Assembly: GCA_963819475.1 (NCBI GenBank) | Contig: CAWFWE010000009.1 | Location: 16,104 to 80,103, forward strand | Source of the DNA: an uncultured Actinomycetes bacterium | Lineage (GTDB): Bacteria > Actinomycetota > Acidimicrobiia > IMCC26256 > DASPTH01 | Reading direction: 5' to 3' | Length of the DNA: 64,000 bases | Shown here: one piece after another, positions 26,948 to 41,271 of the stretch | Layout: each line of letters opens with the position of its first letter | How positions within the stretch are numbered: position 1 is the first letter of the stretch | Notes under the pieces: generated by a model | Databases searched by the model: none | What the model saw: the letters and a program-made list of their open reading frames with translations, nothing else | What the model was told of the DNA's origin: nothing | Translations under genes and position numbers: made by a program

Positions 26948-28777
26948 ATGAGGGTGCGTCGGGCGGTTGCACTGGCCTTCGTGACGTTCGTCGCGTGCGC
27001 GTCGACGCTGGTGGTCGCCCGGCCCGCGTCGGCCGGCGTCACGGAGCGGATCACGAACTACCGCTCCGAGGTCACCATCGAGCACGACGGCACCATCGAG
27101 GTGCACGAGACCATCGCCTACGACTTCGGCGTCGTGCCCCACCACGGGATCCTCCGCGACGTCCCCGTGCGCACCGACCAATCAGGCAAGGACGGCTACG
27201 ACCGCGTGTACCCGCTCGACGTGGTGTCGGTGGCCGCGTCGGAGGGGACGCCGGCCCAGTACACCGTCGAGGACCAGGGCGACGACCAGCGCATCAAGAT
27301 CGGCGACCCCGACGTCACCATCACCGGTGCGCACGTCTACGACATCACCTACCGCGTGCGCGGCGCGATGAACGGGTTCGACGACCACGACGAGCTGGTC
27401 TGGAACGCCGTCGGCACCGAGTGGCCCGTACCCATCGAGCAGGCGAGCGCGGTCGTGCGGGCACCCGCGGACATCCAGAAGGTGCTGTGCACCACCGGGC
27501 CCTTCGGCTCGTACTCGCCGTGCGCGTCGGCGTCGTCCTCCGGCGCCGAGGCGACGTTCGGGCAGACGCAGCTCGCGCCGTACGACGGGATGACGGTCAG
27601 CGTCGCGATCCCGAAGGGCGCGGTGGTGCCGTCGCCGACGCCGATCCTGGAGGAGCGGTTCAACCTCGCGTCCGCCTTCCGGGTGACGCCCGCGACCGGC
27701 GGCATCTCCGGCGGGATCCTGGCGCTGTTCGCGGTGCTGGCCGGCCTCCTGGTCTGGAAGTTCGGGCGCGACCGCCGCTACCGCGGGTCCGCGGTCGACG
27801 CCGCGTACGGTCCCGTCGACGCGACCGACGGTAGCGAGCCCGAGGTGCGCGCGCCGCTGCGCGAGGCGGAGACGCCGGTCGAGTTCGAGCCGCCCGACAA
27901 CCTCCGGCCCGGCGAGCTCGGGACGCTCATCGACTTCGAGGCCAACCCGCTCGACATCACCGCCACCATCATCGACCTCGCCGTGCGCGGGTACCTGAAG
28001 ATCGAGGAGCTCGACAAGGCGTGGTACCAGCGCAAGCACGACTGGCTGCTCACGAAGCTCCCCGAGGAGGGTGAGCTGCGCCGCTACGAGCGCACGCTCT
28101 ACGACGGGCTGTTCGCGGACGGCGACCAGGTGAAGCTCTCCGACCTCCACAACAAGTTCGCCGAGCGCATGAGCAAGGTGCGCGAGCAGCTCATGGACGA
28201 CGCCATGTCGAAGGGCTGGTTCGCCCGCAAGCCGGGGACGGTGAAGGTCCTGTACGGCATCCTGGGCATCCTCGTCCTCGCCGCGGGGGTGGGGCTCACG
28301 GTCCTCCTGGCGTCGGAGACGCACGCCGCGTTGCTCGGCGTGCCGGTGATCGTGGGCGGGATCCTGCTCCTGATCGCGGCGCGCTGGATGCCGCATCGCA
28401 CGGCGAAGGGCTACGCCACCCTGCGGCACACGCTCGGCTTCAAGCGGTTCATCGACGAGTCGGAGAAGCGCCGGGCCGAGTTCGCCGAGCGCAAGAACAT
28501 CTTCTCCGAGTACCTGCCCTATGCGGTCGTGTTCGGGGCCACGAAGCAGTGGGCGCGCGCGTTCGCCGACCTCGGCGACGAGCCACCGGACACGTCGTCG
28601 TGGTACGTGTCGCAGCACGCGTTCGACTACGCGATGTTCTCCAGCGCGATCGACGGCTTCGCGGTGACGAGCGCGGGCACGCTCACGTCGGCGCCGTCGT
28701 CGAGCGGGTCCAGTGGCTTCAGCGGCGGCGGCTTCTCCGGCGGGGGCGGCGGCGGGGGCGGCGGCGGCTCCTGGTAG
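26948..28777 (+). CDS. DUF2207-family membrane protein with poly-Gly tail
   Basis: 609 aa. A signal peptide is followed by ITNYRSEVTIEHDGTIEVHETIAYDF (the DUF2207 N-terminal pattern) and central TM helices. The C-terminus is SSSGSSGFSGGGFSGGGGGGGGGGSW. Confidence 0.8.
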   Translation: MRVRRAVALAFVTFVACASTLVVARPASAGVTERITNYRSEVTIEHDGTIEVHETIAYDFGVVPHHGILRDVPVRTDQSGKDGYDRVYPLDVVSVAASEGTPAQYTVEDQGDDQRIKIGDPDVTITGAHVYDITYRVRGAMNGFDDHDELVWNAVGTEWPVPIEQASAVVRAPADIQKVLCTTGPFGSYSPCASASSSGAEATFGQTQLAPYDGMTVSVAIPKGAVVPSPTPILEERFNLASAFRVTPATGGISGGILALFAVLAGLLVWKFGRDRRYRGSAVDAAYGPVDATDGSEPEVRAPLREAETPVEFEPPDNLRPGELGTLIDFEANPLDITATIIDLAVRGYLKIEELDKAWYQRKHDWLLTKLPEEGELRRYERTLYDGLFADGDQVKLSDLHNKFAERMSKVREQLMDDAMSKGWFARKPGTVKVLYGILGILVLAAGVGLTVLLASETHAALLGVPVIVGGILLLIAARWMPHRTAKGYATLRHTLGFKRFIDESEKRRAEFAERKNIFSEYLPYAVVFGATKQWARAFADLGDEPPDTSSWYVSQHAFDYAMFSSAIDGFAVTSAGTLTSAPSSSGSSGFSGGGFSGGGGGGGGGGSW

Positions 28778-28899
28778 CAGCGGGGGCCGGCCGCCGCATC
28801 CTGACGCAGGCTCCGGGCTACCTACAACTCGGTAGGCGATGACGTGCGCGCGCAGGTGGCATTGTGCGGTCGGCATCGTCATCGAACGAAGGAACACGC

Positions 28900-30051
28900 G
28901 TGGGACCACTGCACGGGGTGAAGGTCGTCGAGATCGCCGGCATCGGGCCCGGCCCGTTCGCGGGAACCCTCCTGTCCGACATGGGCGCGGACGTCGTGCG
29001 GGTCGAGCGGGTCGAGCTCGTCGAGCGGGCCACGCGTCCGAGTGGCTTCACGTTCGACGCGCGCGGTCGCCGTGCAATCGCGGTCGACCTCAAGAATCCT
29101 GACGGCGTCGAGACCGTGCTGCGATTGGTGGAGCAGGCCGACGCGCTGATCGAGGGCTTCCGGCCGGGCGTCACCGAGCGGCTCGGCCTGGGTCCCGAGG
29201 AGTGCCTCGCTCGCAACCCGCGGCTGGTGTACGGGCGCATGACCGGTTGGGGGCAGGAGGGCCCGCTCGCGCACGCGGCCGGCCACGACATCAACTACAT
29301 CTCGCTCGCCGGCGCGCTGGCGCACTTCGGTCGCGTCGGCGCGCCGCCGACACCACCCTTGAACATGATGGGCGACTACGGCGGGGGCGGGATGTTCCTC
29401 GCCTTCGGCGTGGTGTGTGCGCTGTTCGAAGCGCGCACCTCGGGGCAGGGGCAGGTCGTCGACGCGGCCATGGTCGACGGCGCCGCCTACCTCATGGGCC
29501 CGATGTGGGGCATGCGCGGCATGGGCCTCTTCAGCGAGGAGCGCGGTACCAACCTGCTCGACACCGGTTCGCCCTACTACGACGTCTACGAGACCGCCGA
29601 CGGCCACTGGGTCTCGATCGGCTCGATCGAGCCGCAGTTCTATGCGCAGCTGCTCGAGCTCACCGGCGTGCGCCACGACGACCTGCCCGCGCAGATGGAC
29701 CGTGCCGGCTGGCCGGTGCTGCGCGAGCGGCTCACCGAGGTGTTCGCGGGGAAGACGCGGGCGGAGTGGACCGAGCTGCTCGAGGGCACCGATGTGTGCT
29801 TCGCGCCGGTGTTGCCGATGAGCGAGGCGAGCAGCCATCCCCATCTCGTGGCACGCGGTTCGATCGTCGAGCACGACGGCATGGAGCAGCCGGTACCCGC
29901 ACCGCGCTTCTCGCGCACCGAGGCCGGGATCCAGGGTCCGGCGCCGTTGCCCGGTCAGCACACCGACGCGGTGCTCGCGTCGTACGGCTTCACCGACGAC
30001 GAGATCGCCAAGCTGGACGCGTCGGGCGCGGTCAAGCAGCGGTCGGGCTGA
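28900..30051 (+). CDS. mcr: family III CoA-transferase, alpha-methylacyl-CoA racemase-like
   Basis: GTG 28900 follows GAAGGA. It is collinear with the mycobacterial Mcr pattern: GVKVVEIAGIGPGPFA...GADVVRVER...LIEGFRPGVTERLGLGPEEC...GRMTGWGQEGP...AGHDINYISL...PAPRFSRT. Confidence 0.85.
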   Translation: MGPLHGVKVVEIAGIGPGPFAGTLLSDMGADVVRVERVELVERATRPSGFTFDARGRRAIAVDLKNPDGVETVLRLVEQADALIEGFRPGVTERLGLGPEECLARNPRLVYGRMTGWGQEGPLAHAAGHDINYISLAGALAHFGRVGAPPTPPLNMMGDYGGGGMFLAFGVVCALFEARTSGQGQVVDAAMVDGAAYLMGPMWGMRGMGLFSEERGTNLLDTGSPYYDVYETADGHWVSIGSIEPQFYAQLLELTGVRHDDLPAQMDRAGWPVLRERLTEVFAGKTRAEWTELLEGTDVCFAPVLPMSEASSHPHLVARGSIVEHDGMEQPVPAPRFSRTEAGIQGPAPLPGQHTDAVLASYGFTDDEIAKLDASGAVKQRSG

Positions 30052-31159
30052 GCCGGGCGCTCAACGCGACGAGGCGGGCGGCGAGCTCGTCGTCGTCGCC
30101 CGCGGTCACGGTGACGTGCCCGAGCTTGCGCCCCGGCCGCGCCGCTTTGCCGTAGTGGTGCAGGTGGGTCCCGGGCACCGACAGCACCGCGTCACGGTCG
30201 GGCATCTCGCCGATGCAATTCAGCATGGCGCTGGGTCCCAACGGGACGGTCGCCCCGAGCGGCAGGCCGAGGATCGCCCGGAGGTGGTTCTCGAACTGGC
30301 TGGTCTCGGCGCCCTCGATGGTCCAGTGGCCGGAGTTGTGCACCCGCGGTGCGATCTCGTTGGCCAGGAGCTCGCCACCCACGTCGAAGAGCTCCACCGC
30401 GAGGACGCCGACGTGGTCGAGGTCGACGAGCAGGCGCGCCGCGAGATCTTCGCCGCGTCGCTGGAGCCCGGCGTCGAGGTCGGGTGCCGGGGCCCGGCTG
30501 ATGCGGAGGATGCCGCCCTCGTGGTGGTTCTCCACCAAGGGCCAGCTCGCGACCTCCCCGTCGAGCCCGCGCACTGCCAGTACCGACAGCTCCCGGTCGA
30601 ACGGCACCAGCTGCTCCAGGACCAGCGGTGCGTCGCTCAGGTCGGCCCACGCGTCGTCGAGGTCGGACGCCGCGCGCAGCACGCGTTGTCCCTTGCCGTC
30701 GTACCCACCGCGTCGGGTCTTGAGCACCGCGGGCAGGCCACCCACCTCGTCGACGGCGCGGTCGAGCCCGGCCCGGTCGTCGACCGCCGCGAACGCGGGT
30801 GTGCCGATGCCGAGCCGGCGGAACGTCTCCTTCTCGACCAGCCGGTCCTGCGCGACCTCGAGCGACCGGGCACCCGGGTGCACCGGCACGGAGGCGGCGA
30901 GGAAGCGCGCCGCCTCGGCGGGCACACCCTCCCACTCGTAGGTCGCGACACGCGCGTCGAGCGCGACCTCCCGGAGGGCGGCCTCGTCGCCGAGCGGCCC
31001 GACCACGAGGTCGCCCACCGCCTGCGCCGACGCCTCGGCCGTCGGGTCCAGGAAGCGGAAGCGGAGGCCGAGCGGGATGCCGGCCAGGCCGAGCATGCGA
31101 CCGAGCTGGCCGCCGCCGAGCACTGCGACCAGCTCACTGGACGAGTCGGTGTCGGCCAT
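30032..31159 (-). CDS. purK: N5-carboxyaminoimidazole ribonucleotide synthase
   Basis: ATG 31159 inside ORF 30032..31249. VAVLGGGQLGRML..., an ATP-grasp body and C-terminal HLHHYGKAARPGRKLGHVT are PurK hallmarks. Confidence 0.9.
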   Translation of the reverse strand: MADTDSSSELVAVLGGGQLGRMLGLAGIPLGLRFRFLDPTAEASAQAVGDLVVGPLGDEAALREVALDARVATYEWEGVPAEAARFLAASVPVHPGARSLEVAQDRLVEKETFRRLGIGTPAFAAVDDRAGLDRAVDEVGGLPAVLKTRRGGYDGKGQRVLRAASDLDDAWADLSDAPLVLEQLVPFDRELSVLAVRGLDGEVASWPLVENHHEGGILRISRAPAPDLDAGLQRRGEDLAARLLVDLDHVGVLAVELFDVGGELLANEIAPRVHNSGHWTIEGAETSQFENHLRAILGLPLGATVPLGPSAMLNCIGEMPDRDAVLSVPGTHLHHYGKAARPGRKLGHVTVTAGDDDELAARLVALSARLSPTAA

Positions 31160-31390
31160 CCGGACTTGTCTAGCGCACGGCCCGGGTAGAGCACCGTGGT
31201 GGGACCGGGGAGCCGCCTCGTCGCCACCCCGCTCGCCGGGTGCTGGCAACGGTGATGTTGTCGCTCACGTGGCAGGCGACCGGCTAGTCTGTCCTTTCCG
31301 CAGCAAGGGCCAATGTCGTCCCTCTGCGTCCACCGGTTCTCTTCAGAGCGTTGCGTTCCAGAGCGTGTAGCGCGCGTGCGTGGATGTGAG

Positions 31391-37466
<6,076 letters not shown>

Positions 37467-37483
37467 GGCGCTGCCGAAGCTGT

Positions 37484-37521
37484 CCGGCCCACGGGCGACA
37501 ATGGCGTCGCACGGGGGCCGG
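37484..37521. terminator. imperfect hairpin between convergent gltD and the LemA-like gene
   Basis: CCGGCCC (37484-37490) pairs with GGGCCGG (37515-37521). There is an inner GCGAC/GTCGC stem and no U-tract. Confidence 0.35.
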
Positions 37522-37547
37522 TCAATCCTGCTCGATGGCGCGCGCGC

Positions 37548-38105
37548 TCAGGACCCGCTGCCGAGCTCGAGCACCGGGCGGGCGTCGTAGCCGAGGACGC
37601 GGGCGACGGGTTGCTGCAGAGCGCCGGTGCGCTCGTCCTCGTACCGGTCGACCGCGGTGTTGTAGGCGCGGACCAGTGTCTCGTTCGGACGGGTGGAGGC
37701 GAAGGTCGTGAGCGCGCTGGTCACGTCGGTGATGCCGCGGATGCGCTGTGAGCCGAGCGTGTTCGCGACCAGCCGGGTGCCCTGGGCCTCGACCGCGTTG
37801 GCCGCCTCGACCTGGGCCGCGGCGCCGCCGTCGCGCAGCGCGCGCTGCCATTCGGTGAGCGCGGCGTGCAGGTCCTTCGACACGCCCCGATCGGCGCCCC
37901 CGGCGGCGTCGAACGTGCGCAGGGCGTCGGCCAATGCCTGGTACCGGGCCACGAGCTGGTCGGGAGCCCGGAGCGGCTTCCAGCGCACGTCGACCGCCGT
38001 TCGGGCGTCGTCGAGCTTCGGCCGCTCGACCACGACGAGGGCGATCGCACCTGCCACGAGCGCGACGATCAGGACCAGCAGGATCCACCGGGTGCGTCGC
38101 GACAT
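37548..38105 (-). CDS. LemA-family-like membrane-anchored protein
   Basis: 185 aa. An N-terminal TM helix (WILLVLIVALVAGAIALVV) is followed by a helical body ending in AYNTAVDRYEDERTGALQQPVARVLGY, which resembles the LemA C-terminus. Confidence 0.65.
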   Translation of the reverse strand: MSRRTRWILLVLIVALVAGAIALVVVERPKLDDARTAVDVRWKPLRAPDQLVARYQALADALRTFDAAGGADRGVSKDLHAALTEWQRALRDGGAAAQVEAANAVEAQGTRLVANTLGSQRIRGITDVTSALTTFASTRPNETLVRAYNTAVDRYEDERTGALQQPVARVLGYDARPVLELGSGS

Positions 38106-38187
38106 GGCTGGGACACGTTACCGGCGCGCCCTCCCCGGACCGATGACACCCTGGTTCCCCGTCACACCCCACCGGTAGGGTCACGGC

Positions 38188-38676
38188 ATGGTCCGCTCCC
38201 GGGCCGTGGTCGTGGTCACCGTGCTGACCGCCGCCTCGGTGCTGGGGTGGTGGTTCGGTGAGACGCGACGTGCGGTCTCCCAGCAATACCGAGTCGTACA
38301 GGTGCTCGACGGCGACACCGTGGTGGTGCAGCGCGACGGCGGGCCCGAGACGATCCGCCTCCTGGGCGTCGACACGCCCGAGACGCACCATCCCCGCAAG
38401 CCGGTGCAGTGCTTCGGGCCGGAGGCCGCCGCGTACACGGCGCGGCGTCTCTTCGGGCAGCTGGTGCGGCTGGAGGACGACGTCGAGCGCCACGACGTCT
38501 ACGGCCGCCGGCTCGCGTACGTGTACCTCCACGGCGCCAACTTCGAGGAGGAGCTGTTGCGCAAGGGCTACGCACGCCTGCTCGTCATCGAACCCAACCA
38601 CGCCCACGCACGCGACATGCTCGACGAGGAGTTGAACGCGCGCGCCCGGCGCGTCGGGTTGTGGGGTGCCTGCTGA
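38188..38676 (+). CDS. thermonuclease (SNase-fold) family protein
   Basis: 162 aa. An N-terminal hydrophobic segment is followed by VLDGDTVVV...IRLLGVDTPE...GRRLAYVY...GLW. Confidence 0.85.
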   Translation: MVRSRAVVVVTVLTAASVLGWWFGETRRAVSQQYRVVQVLDGDTVVVQRDGGPETIRLLGVDTPETHHPRKPVQCFGPEAAAYTARRLFGQLVRLEDDVERHDVYGRRLAYVYLHGANFEEELLRKGYARLLVIEPNHAHARDMLDEELNARARRVGLWGAC

Positions 38677-38828
38677 ATGAGCGGCAGATCGGCGTGTCGC
38701 CTAACGAGGATCGTCCAGCCCATATGCCCGGTAGGGCTGCGCGGTGCCAGGGAGTTGAGTGCACCGACCTCCGCGCGGCTGCCATCGTCGCGGGAGACCA
38801 ACCGGTACCGGCCTTGGCGTCGGGTTCG

Positions 38829-38852
38829 GAGTTCGGAAACGCGTGCGAACTC
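38829..38852 (-). terminator. hairpin immediately 3' of the cyclase-STAND-DUF952 gene
   Basis: GAGTTCG (38829-38835) and CGAACTC (38846-38852) form a perfect 7-bp stem with a 10-nt loop, 4 nt from stop codon 38856-38858. Confidence 0.4.
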
Positions 38853-38855
38853 TGA

Positions 38856-40994
38856 TCAGGGGTGAGCGGTCGTCCCGCGGTTCTGGACGACGAATCGACC
38901 ATCGGGTGTGATGGCAGCGGCGAGAACGTCCACGACGGCTTGTGTCGGCAAGGGCCCATAGATGTGCGGGAACTTCTCGTCGCCTGCCTCGAAGTTCTCG
39001 ACCACGACGGGCACGTCGAGGCGCACGGTGTCGATCACGAGCACGACGAGCGGTTCTGGTGCGTCGCGGTACATGACGGCGCCGACGACAGAGACCTGAT
39101 GCTCGAATCCCGCGTGGATGAACCCGACATCATCGAGTCGCGCTCCTCGGGTCGAAACACGATAGGCCCCGCTGCGTTCCGCTGCCTTCCAGTCGCTCTC
39201 GAACGCGATGTGGAAGATGAAGCGAGTCGGTTTCTCTGCCGAGTTCGGGGACACGCGCACGTCGAGTGCGGCAGCGAGGTTCGCGAACTCCTGGTCGACC
39301 GTTCGCGCCCAGCGTTCCTCGTCTCGACTGTGGTCGTGGGTCTGCGCATTCTCTGCGAGCGCGAGGTAGTACTCGGCGTGGCGGCGTCGGACAGCGTCTG
39401 CCTCGCCAACGGCGTCCAGCCGCTCGCGCGCGTATTGCCGCATCGTCTCGTGGAGCCGGTAGCGCGTCTCACCTGCCGACTCGTCGGCTGCCACCATCGA
39501 GCGAGCGACGAGACTCGAAAGGAGGTCGAGTACCTCATCGCGCTCGATCCCTTCGCCGCTCAGGACGGCCTCGGCGGCCTCGAGGGTGAAGCCACCCGCG
39601 AAGGCGGCAAGGCGGTTGAACGCCTGCGCGTCTTCGTCGGAGAGGAGTTCGTAGGACCAGTCGACCGTCTTGCGAAGGGTCTGGTGCCGTTCGAGCGCCG
39701 TACGGCGCCCGCCGGTCAGGAGACGAAAGCGTTGGTCGAGGCGCTGCGCGATCTCGCCTACGGAAAGCGAGGCGACGCGCGCGGCAGCCAACTCGATGGC
39801 CAGCGGTACACCGTCGAGTCGGCGACAGACGTCTGCGACGATCGGCGCGTTGACCTCGGTCAAGGCGAACTCCGGGCGGACGGCTTGTGCGCGGTCGGCA
39901 AACAGCCGCAACGACGCCCCCGCCATGAGCTCCGCCGACGATGCATGTTCATCCGGAACGGCGAGCGAACCCACAGGACGCACGAGTTCGCCATCGATTC
40001 CCAGGGCTTCACGGCTGGTGGCCAGCACCACGACACCCGGACACGCGTGGGCGATCGCTTCGGCCAGCGCCCCCGCTTCGTCGATGACATGTTCGCAGTT
40101 GTCGAGCACCAACAGCAGCTGCTTGCTGCGCAGGAACTCGAGCACGTTCGTCGTGACTGACTCGCGCTGCTGCTGACGCACCCCGAGGCACGCAGACACC
40201 GCGTCGGGTACCGCGCCCCGATCGGTGATCGCCGCCAGCTCGCACAACCACGCACCATCGGAGAAGGCGGGCAACGCCTCGGCTGCCACCTGCGACGCCA
40301 GTCGCGTCTTGCCAACCCCACCAACTCCGATCAGGGTCACGACACGAGACTTCGCGATCGCGTCCGCAACCGAGACGAGCTCGGCATCACGACCGACAAG
40401 ACTTGTGAGGAACACCGGCAACCTGGAGGGGAACCGTTCGAGCGAGCGCAACACCGGAAACGTGTCAGGCAACCCAGCGTGCCGGACCTGGAAGACGTGT
40501 TCGGCGCGACCAAGGTCGCGTAGGCGATGCTCCCCGAGATCGAGGAGCTCGGTCCCGGCAGGGAGCACATCACGTACCAGCTCCGCGGTCGTCAGCGAGA
40601 CGACGATCTGGCCACCGTGCGCGGCAGCCATCAGCCTCGCCGCACGATTCACCTCCGGACCGAAATAGTCGCCGTCTCGCAGCTCGGCGACACCGGTATG
40701 GACTCCCATCCTTGCTCGCAGCGGTTCGCTCGCAAACCACGGCTCGGCGCTCAACGCCAACTGACCGTCGATTCCAGCCTCCACTGCCGCATCGGCCATA
40801 GCGAACACCGCATGCACACCATCACCAGTGCCCTTCACGACGTGACCGCCATGCGCTGCGACGACGTGCCGCAGGATCGCGTCATGGCGCGCAAGTGTCC
40901 CGTGCATCGCATCGGGATGGTCCTCCCACAGGCGCGTCGAAGCTTCCACGTCGGTGAACAAGAAGGTGACCGTCCCCGATGGCAACTCCGCCAC
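38856..40994 (-). CDS. class III nucleotidyl cyclase - STAND/NB-ARC-like NTPase - DUF952 fusion protein
   Basis: GTG 40994 (or 40997) follows GGGGAGGGGG, inside ORF 38856..41210. Cyclase motifs are TFLFTDVEAS, KGTGDGVHAVF and FGPEVNRAARL. The Walker A is GVGGVGKTRLA, followed by LLVLDNCEH and RLDGVPLAIELAAAR. The C-terminal 122 aa (RFIFHIAFESDW...GFIHAGFEHQV...KFPHIYGPLP) form a DUF952 domain. Confidence 0.8.
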   Translation of the reverse strand: MAELPSGTVTFLFTDVEASTRLWEDHPDAMHGTLARHDAILRHVVAAHGGHVVKGTGDGVHAVFAMADAAVEAGIDGQLALSAEPWFASEPLRARMGVHTGVAELRDGDYFGPEVNRAARLMAAAHGGQIVVSLTTAELVRDVLPAGTELLDLGEHRLRDLGRAEHVFQVRHAGLPDTFPVLRSLERFPSRLPVFLTSLVGRDAELVSVADAIAKSRVVTLIGVGGVGKTRLASQVAAEALPAFSDGAWLCELAAITDRGAVPDAVSACLGVRQQQRESVTTNVLEFLRSKQLLLVLDNCEHVIDEAGALAEAIAHACPGVVVLATSREALGIDGELVRPVGSLAVPDEHASSAELMAGASLRLFADRAQAVRPEFALTEVNAPIVADVCRRLDGVPLAIELAAARVASLSVGEIAQRLDQRFRLLTGGRRTALERHQTLRKTVDWSYELLSDEDAQAFNRLAAFAGGFTLEAAEAVLSGEGIERDEVLDLLSSLVARSMVAADESAGETRYRLHETMRQYARERLDAVGEADAVRRRHAEYYLALAENAQTHDHSRDEERWARTVDQEFANLAAALDVRVSPNSAEKPTRFIFHIAFESDWKAAERSGAYRVSTRGARLDDVGFIHAGFEHQVSVVGAVMYRDAPEPLVVLVIDTVRLDVPVVVENFEAGDEKFPHIYGPLPTQAVVDVLAAAITPDGRFVVQNRGTTAHP

Positions 40995-41044
40995 CACGAC
41001 CCCCTCCCCGCTCGCCCAGCTCGGACGACCAAGTAAACCAGGCA

Positions 41045-41070
41045 CACCGGACCGGGTCACAGGTCCGGTG
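41045..41070. promoter_or_regulatory. perfect 9-bp inverted repeat upstream of the cyclase-STAND-DUF952 gene
   Basis: CACCGGACC (41045-41053), an 8-nt loop, then GGTCCGGTG (41062-41070). It lies about 50 nt upstream of start codon 40994 and 22 nt before the duplicated nuclease 3' end. Confidence 0.3.
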
Positions 41071-41092
41071 AGTCGCACAGAACGACGCCCTG

Positions 41093-41175
41093 GACCCAAC
41101 CACGCCCACGCGCGCCATGCTCGACGACGACGTGCACGCGCGCGTGCAGCGGGTCGGCCTGTGTTGTCGGAGTAC
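41093..41175 (+). pseudogene. orphan second copy of the thermonuclease gene 3' end (remnant)
   Basis: It aligns with 38591-38676 at roughly 65 of 85 positions by eye, including the 18-nt perfect run ACCCAACCACGCCCACGC. It encodes PNHAHAR / MLDDDVHARVQRVGL, against PNHAHARDMLDEELNARARRVGLW in the intact gene. A 2-nt gap breaks the frame, and no nuclease body lies upstream. Confidence 0.7.
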
Positions 41176-41271
41176 CGAACTGAGCACACGGCCGCCGGTC
41201 GACAGCTCACGCGAACTGCGGCATGCTGCGCTCAGCACTGGGCACGAATCGGGCGGACGAGGGGAGCCGAC

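Noticed and set aside
38677-38865. 62-aa ORF starting right after the thermonuclease stop (TGAATG)
   Set aside because: It is Arg/Ser-rich, has no RBS and has low GC3. It runs across the terminator hairpin and into the stop of the convergent STAND gene, so I treat the region as non-coding spacer of the insertion.
39225-39260. Internal GTG codons (39260, 39254) as the start of an independent DUF952 gene
   Set aside because: No Shine-Dalgarno-like sequence lies upstream, and no stop codon separates it from the STAND frame. Translation from 40994 would therefore read through in any case. This remains worth checking experimentally.
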